A DNA stretch of 64,000 bases from a bacterium (GTDB lineage Bacteria > UBA8248 > JACPRG01 > G963555815): NCBI GenBank assembly GCA_965218795.1, contig OZ244653.1, positions 1,248,001-1,312,000 on the forward strand, read 5' to 3'. Positions 9,939 through 18,983 of this stretch are shown piece after piece. The notes under the pieces are model-generated. The model did no database searches. It saw only the letters and a list, made by a program, of their open reading frames with translations, and had not been told where the DNA came from. The translations under genes were made by a program, and so were the position numbers. Every line of letters starts with the position of its first letter. The first letter of the stretch is position 1.

Positions 9939-11984
9939 CTACGAGAACTGGATGATCAAGTTGCCCATGGGATCAACCCGGGCAAACTGCCCCGGCGGAA
10001 CGATCGTCGTCCCCCCCAATTCCGAGATGACCGCCGGGCCGTCCACCTGATCGCCTTGGAACAAATCGTCTCGATGAACGTAAGCCGTCTCCGTTTCCTC
10101 CCCGCCGATGTAAGCCGTTCGCAGTTCCGGAGCAAGAGGGCTTCCGGACTCCCGGACCGGAAGTTTCTGAAACGCCGGCTTCGCAGTCCGGCTTCGCACG
10201 ATGACGCGAAGATTGACGATCTCGATCTCCCGCTCGGGGTTCGCAAAAGTATAGAGTTCGGTGTACTGACGGACGAAATCATCGTTGATTGCGGCAAGGC
10301 CGCTCTCCGCGACGTTCCGGTCAGGAAGAACAACCTCCAAAGTGAAAGCCTGCCCCCGGTAACGGACATCCACGCTTCGCCGGATCTCCAATTCAGGGTT
10401 ACGGCTCTCCAACCCCAACAGGTTCAGGCTCTCGCTTTCCATCCGGTCGAGTGCTGAACTCATGCGATGAACGTCGGCGGAGAGCGTCGGCGTCAGAAAA
10501 GTTTGCGACCGCTCCTGAACCGGATCGGAAAGAAGCGTCCCCAAGGCGGACAGAAGCCCGGGGTGCCGGGGGACCAAGACGGTCGGAATTTTGAGCTCGT
10601 GCGCGATATCCGCCGCGTGCAGGGGGCCTGCCCCGCCGTACGCAACCAGCAGAATTTCCCGTGGGTCGATTCCCCGCTCCACCGACATGACCTGGATGGC
10701 CCGGGACATGGCGGCGTTTGCGATATCCACGATTCCCCGGGCCGCCTTGATGACATCGATCCCGAGAGGCTTCGCTACCTCCTGCTCGACGGCGCGCCGG
10801 GCGGCCTCCAGATCCAGGCGCATCCCTTCACCCATCGGGACCTCAACATCGATCCGCCCCAGGATGAGATTGGCATCCGTGACCGTGGGCCGTTTTCCCC
10901 CGCGCCCGTAACACGCCGGTCCGGGGTCGGCCCCCGCGCTCTCCGGCCCAACCCGCAACAGGCCGCCCGCATCGATCCAGGCCAGTGAGCCGCCCCCCGC
11001 TCCGATCGAGTGGACATCCACCATCGGAAGGCGCACCGGATAGCCGGCGATCCGTGTCTCCAGGACCTTCGCCGGAACCCCACCCAAGACCAGCCCGACG
11101 TCGCATGAAGTGCCGCCCATATCCATGGTGATGAGCGTGGGGCGTCCAATGGCCGTTCCGACCGCAGCGGCCGCGCTGACGCCCGCCGCCGGACCCGACA
11201 TTGCGCTCTGAATGGGCCGGTGACGGGCCGTTTCGAAGGTCATGAGTCCGCCCGCCGAATGCGTCATCATCAGTTGGGCGTCCGGCTGAAGAACGTCGCC
11301 GAGCCCCTCGGAGAATGACTTCAGATACCGGTCCATGACGGGTATGAGCGAGGCGTTGAGAACCGTCAGGCAGAGCCTTTCGTACTCACGATATTCAGAC
11401 AGCACATCGTGGGAGATGGAGACGTCCAACTCAGGGGCGATTTCCTTGATCCAGCCCCGGATCTCGGTTTCCGCATCAGGTGAGGCGTAAGCGTGCAACA
11501 AGACGACCCCAACGGACTTGACGCCTTCGGCAAGAAAATCGCCGACAATCGCGTCCACCTCCTTTGATTTCAGGGGCGAGAGCGTTTTGCCCGTATAGTC
11601 GCTCCGCTGGCTGACCTCGCGGCGGAGGTCCCTTGGAACCAGCGGGGCGGGTTTTTCCTGCAGGAGGTTGTACATCTCATGACGCCGTTCCCGGCCAATC
11701 TCCAGGAGGTCGCGGAACCCCCGATTGGTGATCAGGCCGGTCCGGGCGGTCTTGCCTTCCAGGATGGCATTGAGGGCGGTGGTCGTCCCCTGGGTCAGCG
11801 TGGTGACATTGCCCCCTTCCAGCCCATACTCCCGCAGAGCGCCGCGAAGACCTTCGAGAATCCCGGCGGCAAGATCATCAGGCCGGGTGAGAACTTTGTG
11901 GATGTAGAACGCGCCGGACTGCTCATCGAAGAGGATAATATCGGTAAACGTCCCGCCGACATCCACGCCAATCCGTACGCTCAA
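9939..11984 (-). CDS. Hydantoinase/oxoprolinase subunit A (HyuA-like)
   Basis: RIGVDVGGTFTD, SGPAAG, DMGGTS, GAGGGS, GPESAGADPGPACYG; TTG start overlaps the subunit B stop (TTGA). Confidence 0.92.
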   Translation of the reverse strand: MSVRIGVDVGGTFTDIILFDEQSGAFYIHKVLTRPDDLAAGILEGLRGALREYGLEGGNVTTLTQGTTTALNAILEGKTARTGLITNRGFRDLLEIGRERRHEMYNLLQEKPAPLVPRDLRREVSQRSDYTGKTLSPLKSKEVDAIVGDFLAEGVKSVGVVLLHAYASPDAETEIRGWIKEIAPELDVSISHDVLSEYREYERLCLTVLNASLIPVMDRYLKSFSEGLGDVLQPDAQLMMTHSAGGLMTFETARHRPIQSAMSGPAAGVSAAAAVGTAIGRPTLITMDMGGTSCDVGLVLGGVPAKVLETRIAGYPVRLPMVDVHSIGAGGGSLAWIDAGGLLRVGPESAGADPGPACYGRGGKRPTVTDANLILGRIDVEVPMGEGMRLDLEAARRAVEQEVAKPLGIDVIKAARGIVDIANAAMSRAIQVMSVERGIDPREILLVAYGGAGPLHAADIAHELKIPTVLVPRHPGLLSALGTLLSDPVQERSQTFLTPTLSADVHRMSSALDRMESESLNLLGLESRNPELEIRRSVDVRYRGQAFTLEVVLPDRNVAESGLAAINDDFVRQYTELYTFANPEREIEIVNLRVIVRSRTAKPAFQKLPVRESGSPLAPELRTAYIGGEETETAYVHRDDLFQGDQVDGPAVISELGGTTIVPPGQFARVDPMGNLIIQFS

Positions 11985-13660
11985 GGCGCGTCCCCTCCCC
12001 GATGTCCGGGAAATTTTCGAGAAGCACCTTCGGGTGTCAGGTATCCGGCCTTCAGATCTCTCTGGATGGCGGCGGGATCCCGGTTCTCCGGCGGCCCGTA
12101 CCCGCCGCCGGCCGTGGTTTCGATCACCATGGTTTCGTCCGCGCTGGCGTACGTCGTCGATTTCGAGCGCAGCTCCCGCTCGCCCCCATCCTTTTTGATA
12201 GCGTAACATCCATTGCGTCCCGGCTGTCCTTCGAAGATCCCCCACGGCGGCGTTCGAACCCGGTCGGCCAGGACGGTAATCGTCTGATCCGTCAGGAGGC
12301 GGTAGATTTTTCGCGCTCCGAGCCCGCCCATCCACTCTCCCGCCCCGCCGGAATCGGCCATGAGCTCGTAGCATTCCACACGCAGGGGGAACTCCGCCTC
12401 GACCACCTCGATGGGGTTGTTGGGGGTGTTGGAGATGTTGTTTCGAACGCCCTTGAGGCCGTCGTGGCCCTTGCGGCCGCCGCCGCCGCCGGAGTTCTGC
12501 TCGAGGATCACGAAAGGATGATTGCGAATGGAATCGAACCCGCCGAAGGTGACGCAATTGAAAGTCCCGCTGCCGGCCGCGCTCATCCGATTCGGCGCGA
12601 ACTGGGAAAAGCATCCGATCAGCGTGTCGACGATTCGCTGGGAGGTCTCGAGACTTCCGCCGCCGACCGCCGCGGGCGGCTGGGCGTTCACGATGGTCCC
12701 CGGCGGCGCCACGATTTCGACCGACCGAAAGACCCCGGAGTTGGTGGGGATGTTCGGGTCGATGAGGCACTTCAACGTGAAGTACGTGGCGGAATGCGTT
12801 ACGGAGAGAACGCCGTTGACCGGACCCTGCCGCTGGGTGGCGGTCCCCGTAAAGTCGACCTTCATATCCTCCCCGTCGATATCGACGCGAACCCGGATGG
12901 GGAGCGGGTCGTCGCTGTTGCCGTCGTCGTCCAGAGCGTCCTCGAACGAGTAGGTGCCGTCGGGAAGCTTGCCGATCTCCTGTCGGGTCCGGCGGTAGGA
13001 ATAATCGATGATGGCGGCCATCAGCTCTTTGAGCTCTTCCTTCCCGAACTTTTTGGCCAGCTCTTCGAACCGCTGTTCCCCCACGCGATTGGCCGCAAGC
13101 TGCGCCCTGAGATCGCCCCGGATGTCGTCCGGCACTCGAACATTGGAAAGGATGAGTTCCAGCAGATCCTCGCGGACGACCCCTTCTTCCACCATCTTCA
13201 TCGGCGGAAGCCGGAGACCTTCCTCGACGACACTCTTCGCGTCGCCCGCCAAGCTCCCCGGAGCGCGGCCTCCCACATCCGTCCAATGGGCGATCACCGC
13301 ACAATACGCCATGATCTCCCCGTCGATGAAGATGGGCATGATGGTCGTGATATCGGGCAGGTGAGAACCGCCGATGAACGGGTCATTATGAATCGTGATG
13401 TCCCCCGGGCGCAGGTTCTCGGCACCGACCCGGAGGATTGCGTTCCGCACGGCATGCACGAGGAGACCCAGGTGGGACGGTAAGTGGTCCGCCTGGGCCA
13501 CCATCTCCAAATCCGGTGTAAAGAAGGCGCAGGAGCGGTCGTCGCGCTCCTTGATGATGGTGGAGAAGGCCGCTCGCTTCATCTTCATCCCCATCTCTTC
13601 GGCGATTCCGATGATGCTCTGGCGAAACACCTCCATTCGGATCGGATCGACGGCCATCAC
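11981..13660 (-). CDS. Hydantoinase B/oxoprolinase subunit B (HyuB-like)
   Basis: NDPFIGGSHLPD, HWTDVGG..PGS, EEGLRLPP, GGGYGPP. Confidence 0.93.
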   Translation of the reverse strand: MMAVDPIRMEVFRQSIIGIAEEMGMKMKRAAFSTIIKERDDRSCAFFTPDLEMVAQADHLPSHLGLLVHAVRNAILRVGAENLRPGDITIHNDPFIGGSHLPDITTIMPIFIDGEIMAYCAVIAHWTDVGGRAPGSLAGDAKSVVEEGLRLPPMKMVEEGVVREDLLELILSNVRVPDDIRGDLRAQLAANRVGEQRFEELAKKFGKEELKELMAAIIDYSYRRTRQEIGKLPDGTYSFEDALDDDGNSDDPLPIRVRVDIDGEDMKVDFTGTATQRQGPVNGVLSVTHSATYFTLKCLIDPNIPTNSGVFRSVEIVAPPGTIVNAQPPAAVGGGSLETSQRIVDTLIGCFSQFAPNRMSAAGSGTFNCVTFGGFDSIRNHPFVILEQNSGGGGGRKGHDGLKGVRNNISNTPNNPIEVVEAEFPLRVECYELMADSGGAGEWMGGLGARKIYRLLTDQTITVLADRVRTPPWGIFEGQPGRNGCYAIKKDGGERELRSKSTTYASADETMVIETTAGGGYGPPENRDPAAIQRDLKAGYLTPEGASRKFPGHRGGDAP

Positions 13661-13708
13661 AACCTCCGGAAGGTCAGCCCCCCTGTCTCGACTGAGGCGC
13701 TGTGAGGT

Positions 13709-14701
13709 CTACGCATCCTTGTACTTTTCGACGATGTGCTTCTTGATGAGATCCAGCTGATCGATCTCATCGGTAATCGGGTTGAGGATAAGGTACTGTG
13801 TTCCCAGCTTGACGTATTCGTCCAGTCGTTCGTGAACATCGTCCAGGGTCCCGAACAGGTACGACTCCATCAAGTGATCCAGGCCCCGGTGCGTCCCCAT
13901 CATGACCTCGAAATGTTTCTTCTGAATTCCGTGACAATGGTCCCGGTCGGCATCATCCACGAGATGAAGAAACTGACTGGCCACGTATTTCATGGTGTCG
14001 GGGTCGCGTCCGTTTTCTTTCAAATACTCCTTCACGATCCGGTAATCATCGACAATGTCTTCCGCGCCGCTTCCGCTGGACCGGACAATCCATGCGTCCG
14101 CGCCCAGAATCCGTTTGAGAACGCCGGGTTGAATCACCGTCGACTCGGGCGCGCCCGGGGCATGACTGGCGGCCCCGCCGGCCACCCAGACTTCAGGCAT
14201 CTTCGGGGGCAACGGATCGAAATCGACATCCTCGAAACTGTAATACTTTCCCTGATACGAGCACCGCCCCTCGGTCAAAAGCTTGCGGGTGGCCTCGAGC
14301 ACCTCGTCCGTCCTGGGTCCGCGCTGGGAGAGCTTGACGCCCGCCACCTCGTATTCCTTGGGATCCCACCCGGCCCCGACGCCGTAGATGTACCGGCCGC
14401 CCGAGAGGAAATCGAGCGAGGCGACCTCCTTGGCCAGCAAGACCGGATGCCGATACGGCAACACCAGAATCGCGGTTCCGAGCTTGATGGTCTTGGTGCA
14501 ACCGGCTACAAAAGCCAGGGTGACCAGAGGGTCCAGCCAGGAAACCGCATAGATCATGGGGGTCTTCAAATAATGGTCGATCACCCAGCAACAATCGAAG
14601 CCCAATTCCTCACAGCGTTGAACGTAGTCACGGAGCTTGGCCGACCTCTCGTGGGTCAGGTTCGGCCAAACGATGGACGGAATTCTGATTCCGAATTGCA
14701 T
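13709..14701 (-). CDS. LLM-class flavin-dependent oxidoreductase
   Basis: MQFGI start, GFD..WVIDH, IKLGTAILVLPYRHPVLLAK, LDFLSGGR. Confidence 0.9.
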   Translation of the reverse strand: MQFGIRIPSIVWPNLTHERSAKLRDYVQRCEELGFDCCWVIDHYLKTPMIYAVSWLDPLVTLAFVAGCTKTIKLGTAILVLPYRHPVLLAKEVASLDFLSGGRYIYGVGAGWDPKEYEVAGVKLSQRGPRTDEVLEATRKLLTEGRCSYQGKYYSFEDVDFDPLPPKMPEVWVAGGAASHAPGAPESTVIQPGVLKRILGADAWIVRSSGSGAEDIVDDYRIVKEYLKENGRDPDTMKYVASQFLHLVDDADRDHCHGIQKKHFEVMMGTHRGLDHLMESYLFGTLDDVHERLDEYVKLGTQYLILNPITDEIDQLDLIKKHIVEKYKDA

Positions 14702-14819
14702 GTTCCATACTCCCCATCGTTGTGAACCAATTCGAAAAGGTGGACGGATTTCAAGATTGCTCAAACACGCGAGCAAAATGTGAAGGCCCGTCCGATTGAA
14801 ACCTCCGGTCCGAGGATGG

Positions 14820-15164
14820 TCAACCGGGGGGCCAGTGAAAGGTACGACCTCCCAGCAAATGAAGATGGAGATGGAAAACGGTCTGGCCGGCCGCCTCATT
14901 GCAGTTGAACAACACTCGGAACCCATCAGTCAGGGTCCGTTCCCTGGCAATCTCAACCGCTTTCAAATGAAGGTGGCCCACGAGGTCTGCCTCATCGGGC
15001 TCCAGATCCAGCAGGGTCGGGATGTGCTTCTTGGGAATGATCAGGACGTGTGTCGGGGCTTGGGGATTGATGTCCTCGATGGCAATGCAACGTTCGTCTT
15101 CATGGACGCGGGTTGACGGGATCGACCCTTCGATAATCTTACAGAACAGACAATCTTCCGCCAT
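14820..15164 (-). CDS. Histidine triad nucleotide-binding protein (HinT)
   Basis: DCLFCKI, GQTVFHLHLHLLGG..WPPG. Confidence 0.95.
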   Translation of the reverse strand: MAEDCLFCKIIEGSIPSTRVHEDERCIAIEDINPQAPTHVLIIPKKHIPTLLDLEPDEADLVGHLHLKAVEIARERTLTDGFRVLFNCNEAAGQTVFHLHLHLLGGRTFHWPPG

Positions 15165-15293
15165 GGGCTCATCCTTATTTCAGGAACCGCGTGAACCAGC
15201 AGAAAGAAATACGTCAGGGCAAGATAGCAGATGCGATTCGGCGGGGTAAAGCGGTGCTGGCTTGGCGGTTCTTCAACCGAAGGCGATTTCCCC

Positions 15294-15716
15294 TTAGAAG
15301 TTGAAATCCTCCGCGGCGTAATCTTCGAAGTTGGAAACCGGCGGATACTTCTTAATCTCGACGGTGTTCCCATCGGGATCATAAAAGTACGTCGCAAACC
15401 CGACCCCTTTGGCGCCTTCATTATTTTCCTGCATCATGACCCGGATATCATTCTCTTTCAGCCGGTCCAAGAGGGCGTCATAATCGGCCGACTCGATGCA
15501 GAAGGCCAAGTGATGGACGCCCGAGCGGGGGTGTCTTGGCTTTTCCTCATATTGATCGGGTCCGTGGAAGATCACGAGCAACCCATCGCCGATTCGAAAA
15601 ACGGCCTGTGTCTCCCTCCTGCTGACTTCCTCGAAACCCATGACGTTTCGATAAAACCGGACGGCTCGATCCAGGTCCGGGCTGGCCAGGCTGACGTGGT
15701 CGAAACTGACGGTCAT
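15294..15716 (-). CDS. VOC/glyoxalase family protein
   Basis: FDHVSL..DLDRAVRFY, HHLAF, YFYDPDGNTVEI. Confidence 0.88.
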   Translation of the reverse strand: MTVSFDHVSLASPDLDRAVRFYRNVMGFEEVSRRETQAVFRIGDGLLVIFHGPDQYEEKPRHPRSGVHHLAFCIESADYDALLDRLKENDIRVMMQENNEGAKGVGFATYFYDPDGNTVEIKKYPPVSNFEDYAAEDFNF

Positions 15717-15813
15717 CGGAATCCTCCCGATCATTTCCTGCGAATCCGCAACCCTTGGGACTTCACCTGACTCAAAACCCAAACGGGTTCAAAAACCTCA
15801 ACTCGGCACTCCA

Positions 15814-15829
15814 GGGGACGACCGTCCCC
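15814..15829 (-). promoter_or_regulatory. Candidate bacterial SECIS element for the C-terminal Sec of the Uxx-star protein
   Basis: GGGGAC-GGUC-GUCCCC hairpin starting 11 nt after the UGA at 15841-15843. Confidence 0.7.
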
Positions 15830-15831
15830 GC

Positions 15832-16059
15832 TCAGACGCCTCAGTAGCCCCCATCGTGTCCGATGGTCACTTCGCCCCCGTCGACGACTACGGGCACGTG
15901 GCGTTTCCCCCCCGAGAATTTCAACATCCGATCAAGGGCTTCCTGATGCTGCTGGACGTCGAAATATTGGACACCCCTGGAGGATTCTTCATAAGCCTCA
16001 CGGGCCGCTTGGGTGAATCCTCACCCGGCCTTTCCGAAAATCAGAACATCATCCGCCAT
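15832..16059 (-). CDS. Uxx-star family glutaredoxin-like selenoprotein (75 aa, two Sec residues)
   Basis: Manual translation: MADDVLIFGKAG-U-GFTQAAREAYEESSRGVQYFDVQQHQEALDRMLKFSGGKRHVPVVVDGGEVTIGHDGGY-U-GV*. UGA at 16021-16023 and 15841-15843; Grx-like VP and G motifs; purine-rich SD upstream. Absent from the ORF track. Confidence 0.85.
15993..16010 (-). promoter_or_regulatory. Candidate SECIS element for the N-terminal Sec of the Uxx-star protein
   Basis: AAGCGGCC-CGUGA-GGCUU short hairpin starting ~10 nt after the UGA at 16021-16023. Confidence 0.5.
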
Positions 16060-16161
16060 CGGCTCTTTCCCCCTATCGAATTTTCAAGGCAGCCAGGTTT
16101 CCTTGACCGACGCACCCGGCGGGTTTGGGCAGTCGGCCAGGCCGCTTCACCGAACCATCGA

Positions 16162-16304
16162 TCACATCTCAACGACCCCCTTCATCGCCCCTCCCTCTTG
16201 TGGCAGGCCCGCACCCGGCACAGGACTTCCCCCGGACGCGCCTCGGGCGTCTCGACATCCTGTAAGCGAATCTGATTTGGAGTCTCGCAAACGGCTGCCG
16301 GCAT
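16162..16304 (-). pseudogene. Internally deleted zinc-binding (MDR) dehydrogenase remnant
   Basis: MPAAVCETPNQIRLQDVETPEARPGEVLCRVRAC (MDR-like N-terminus) is followed out of frame by GAMKGVVEM* (MDR-like C-terminus). Confidence 0.55.
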
Positions 16305-16360
16305 ACGAAATTCACCTTTCTCGGCTTTCCCCGCCCGGCTGCGATTTGATACATTAAATC

Positions 16361-17531
16361 TAGTGTTTCGTCTCAAGAATAAGTAGGCAAAAGTCATGTT
16401 TGTGCATAGGTTTCCTGATCACCCCTTTTTCAAGGAGGAACCTATGCCACGGGGACGCCCGCTGAAAGCTTTGGAGTTGAGCGATGATGCTCGACAGCAA
16501 TTGGAGTCTATGGCCCATTCCCGCAGCCTACCCCATGGGCTGGTGCGCCGTGCCCAGATTGTCTTGTTGGCCGCCGATGGCAAGCCCAATCGTGCGGTTG
16601 GCGAGGCGCTTGGCGTGAATCGTGCCACCGTGGGAAAATGGCGCCAGCGGTATCTCGACCGCGGCCTGATCGGCCTGTATGACGAATTGCGGCCTGGAGC
16701 GCCGCGATCGATTGAGGATGAGCAAGTGGCCGAGGTCGTATACAAGACACTCAAAGAGCGTCCCAACGAGGCGACCCAGTGGACGGTGCGTTCCATGGCG
16801 CAGGCGACGGGTGTATCCAAAGATACGGTGCATCGCATCTGGCGTGCCTTCGGGTTGCAGCCCCATCGACAAGCGCACTTCAAACTCTCCACGGATCCCT
16901 TCTTCGTGGAGAAAGTACGCGACATCGTGGGGTTATACCTGAATCCGCCCGAGCATGCCATGGTGCTGTGCGTGGACGAGAAGAGCCAGGTCCAGGCTCT
17001 GGAACGCACGCAGCCGTTGCTGCCCTTGGGCTTGGGCTATGTGGAAGGGGTCACCCACGACTACAGGCGCCATGGCACAACGACTCTGTTTGCCGCGCTG
17101 GACATCCAGACCGGAGAAGTCATGGCGCAGTGTAAGCCCCGCCATCGTCATCAGGAATTTCTTCAGTTTCTACGCCACATCGAGGAGCAGGTGCCGCCGG
17201 ATTTGGACATTCATTTGGTGATCGACAACTACGCCACCCACAAGCACGCCAAAATCAAGCAATGGTTGGCAAGACACCCACGGTTTCAACTCCACTTCAC
17301 GCCGACGTATGCTTCCTGGCTCAACCAAGTGGAAATCTGGTTTCACATCATCACGCAACGTGCGATTCGACGGGGCTCCTTCAACAAAGTGAAAGAACTG
17401 ATCCGCCGGATTGACCGATTCACCGACCACTGGAACGAAAACGCCCAGCCGTTTGTGTGGACGGCCACGGCCGATTCCATCCTTGCAAAGATCAAACGCC
17501 TTTGTGAAAAAATTTCTGCGACAGTACACTA
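16361..17531 (+). mobile_element. IS630-family insertion sequence, apparently complete
   Basis: Imperfect terminal IRs TAGTGTTTCGTCTCAAGAAT / TAGTGTACTGTCGCAGAAAT (revcomp); CTAG at both ends (16360-63 and 17529-32), consistent with a TA duplication. Confidence 0.9.
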
Positions 17532-17532
17532 G
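16444..17532 (+). CDS. IS630 transposase
   Basis: AAGGAGG SD, HTH N-terminus, DDE motifs CVDEK / IDNYATHK / [14 protein letters not shown]. Confidence 0.96.
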   Translation: MPRGRPLKALELSDDARQQLESMAHSRSLPHGLVRRAQIVLLAADGKPNRAVGEALGVNRATVGKWRQRYLDRGLIGLYDELRPGAPRSIEDEQVAEVVYKTLKERPNEATQWTVRSMAQATGVSKDTVHRIWRAFGLQPHRQAHFKLSTDPFFVEKVRDIVGLYLNPPEHAMVLCVDEKSQVQALERTQPLLPLGLGYVEGVTHDYRRHGTTTLFAALDIQTGEVMAQCKPRHRHQEFLQFLRHIEEQVPPDLDIHLVIDNYATHKHAKIKQWLARHPRFQLHFTPTYASWLNQVEIWFHIITQRAIRRGSFNKVKELIRRIDRFTDHWNENAQPFVWTATADSILAKIKRLCEKISATVH

Positions 17533-17718
17533 CATACCGATAAATGGACCCACAAACCGGGGCGATACAGCCCACCGAAACTTGATTCACCTGCGGGTCT
17601 ACGCGCCCGGTCCCAACAGGCTTTGCAAGATGCGCCTTGCGGCAAATTGCGGAACTTCCGCGGGTTCGGTAAGATTTGTACACACGAACCCGCAGTCGAA
17701 CGCCAAGGAGGACGAACT

Positions 17719-18222
17719 TTGAAGGAACATTGCGCGGACTTAGTCATCCAGGGTCTGAAAGAAGCCGATATCAGCGTGGTCTGTGCCCTACCCGAGTCCC
17801 ACTTGAAACAGGTCTATGAGAAGGCCTCCCAGGACCCCGAGCTTCGATATATTCCCGTCACGAACGAAGGGGAAGGCGCTTCCATTGCGGCGGGCGTCTG
17901 GCTCACCGGGAATAAGGCGTGCATGATCATGGAGAATTCCGGCCTCCGCATGGCAACGGAGTCGCTAGCCCGCCTGGGACTCACCCACGGTATCCCCGTC
18001 GTCTTGCTCATGAGTTACCGGGGGGATATGGGCGAGCCCAACTGGTGGGGGATCCCTCACGGGATCACCATGGGACCCCTGCTGGACGCCCTTCGAATTC
18101 CCTACACCGTCGTCCGAAAGGAAGAGGAGATCGTGAAGGCCATCCAGAAGGCGCGGATCTCCGCCGACACATCCAAATACCACACCGCCGTGGTTTTCAG
18201 CGGGGAGGTGATCGAGAATTGA
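17719..18222 (+). CDS. ThDP-dependent decarboxylase alpha subunit (sulfopyruvate decarboxylase ComD-like)
   Basis: TTG start after AAGGAGG; PVTNEGEG..IAAG, MENSG, SYRG. Confidence 0.82.
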   Translation: MKEHCADLVIQGLKEADISVVCALPESHLKQVYEKASQDPELRYIPVTNEGEGASIAAGVWLTGNKACMIMENSGLRMATESLARLGLTHGIPVVLLMSYRGDMGEPNWWGIPHGITMGPLLDALRIPYTVVRKEEEIVKAIQKARISADTSKYHTAVVFSGEVIEN

Positions 18223-18824
18223 CGCGCTACCAGGCCTTACAGGTGATTGCCCAAAGGATGACGGATGAAGTCTGCATTGTGTCGCTGGGCGGGATCGTGG
18301 ATGAATGGCACAGCATTCGGCCCGAGCCACAAGGCAACAGCATGTACCTCATGTGTCTGGGTTGCCACATGCCCTTGGCCTTCGGCGTGGCGCTGGGTCT
18401 TCCCAACCGGAATGTGGTCTGTCTGGAGACCGACGGAAGCGCCCTCATGAACCTGGGGATTCTCGCCACCCTCGGCAACGAGACGCCTGAGAACCTCAAG
18501 ATCTTCTGCTTTGACAACGAAATCTATGAGTGCATCGGCGGGCCGCCTACCCATACCTCGGGGAAGGTCGACCTGGCCCGGATGGCCCGCGGCGCCGGCA
18601 TCGAAGAAGCCCGGCTCGTTCGGACGGAAGGCGAGCTCCGCGAGGCGGCCGACGAGGCCCTCTCCGACAAGAGGCTTCACTTTGTCGTGGCCAAGATTGA
18701 ACCGGGCGTGGAAGAAGGTCTCCCCCGGAAAAAATTTGACGGGATCGAAGACAAGTACTACTTCGTCCGGCACCTGGAGGATTCAGAAGGGATTACCATC
18801 ATCCCGCCGAGCCAGCACAACTGA
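18219..18824 (+). CDS. ThDP-dependent decarboxylase beta subunit (ComE-like)
   Basis: TTGA overlap with the alpha subunit; TDGSALMNLG...DNEIYECIGG ThDP-binding motif. Confidence 0.82.
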   Translation: MTRYQALQVIAQRMTDEVCIVSLGGIVDEWHSIRPEPQGNSMYLMCLGCHMPLAFGVALGLPNRNVVCLETDGSALMNLGILATLGNETPENLKIFCFDNEIYECIGGPPTHTSGKVDLARMARGAGIEEARLVRTEGELREAADEALSDKRLHFVVAKIEPGVEEGLPRKKFDGIEDKYYFVRHLEDSEGITIIPPSQHN

Positions 18825-18983
18825 GCCGCGGGATTCCGGCCGCGGAACACCCTGCGAGTTCACCCTGGCTCTCAGGTTGGCAAGACAATCTTGCAGGATC
18901 ATTTTGGAGTCATTTCTCCCGGTCATGGTAGGCGTTACCTGACTTCCGTATCACGATGACCCATCACATCGAGGAGAAGGACC

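Noticed and set aside
9939-13304. 1121-aa ORF suggesting a giant hydantoinase fusion
   Set aside because: The first ~440 aa are an Arg/Gly-rich alternate frame of the subunit B gene; the real subunit A starts at TTG 11984.
12002-13483. Long antisense ORFs (also 33854..35026, 55024..56562, 25196..26323)
   Set aside because: Shadow frames of well-supported genes in GC-rich DNA; no recognisable motifs.
15832-15834. Third in-frame UGA as another Sec codon
   Set aside because: The hairpin lies only 2 nt away, too close for SelB decoding, and the U-x-x-stop ending fits the family pattern.
18877-18895. Sigma54 promoter TTGGCA...TTGCA upstream of the redoxin gene
   Set aside because: GG-to-GC spacing is 12 nt rather than the required 10; it is only a short palindrome (GCAAGA-N3-TCTTGC).
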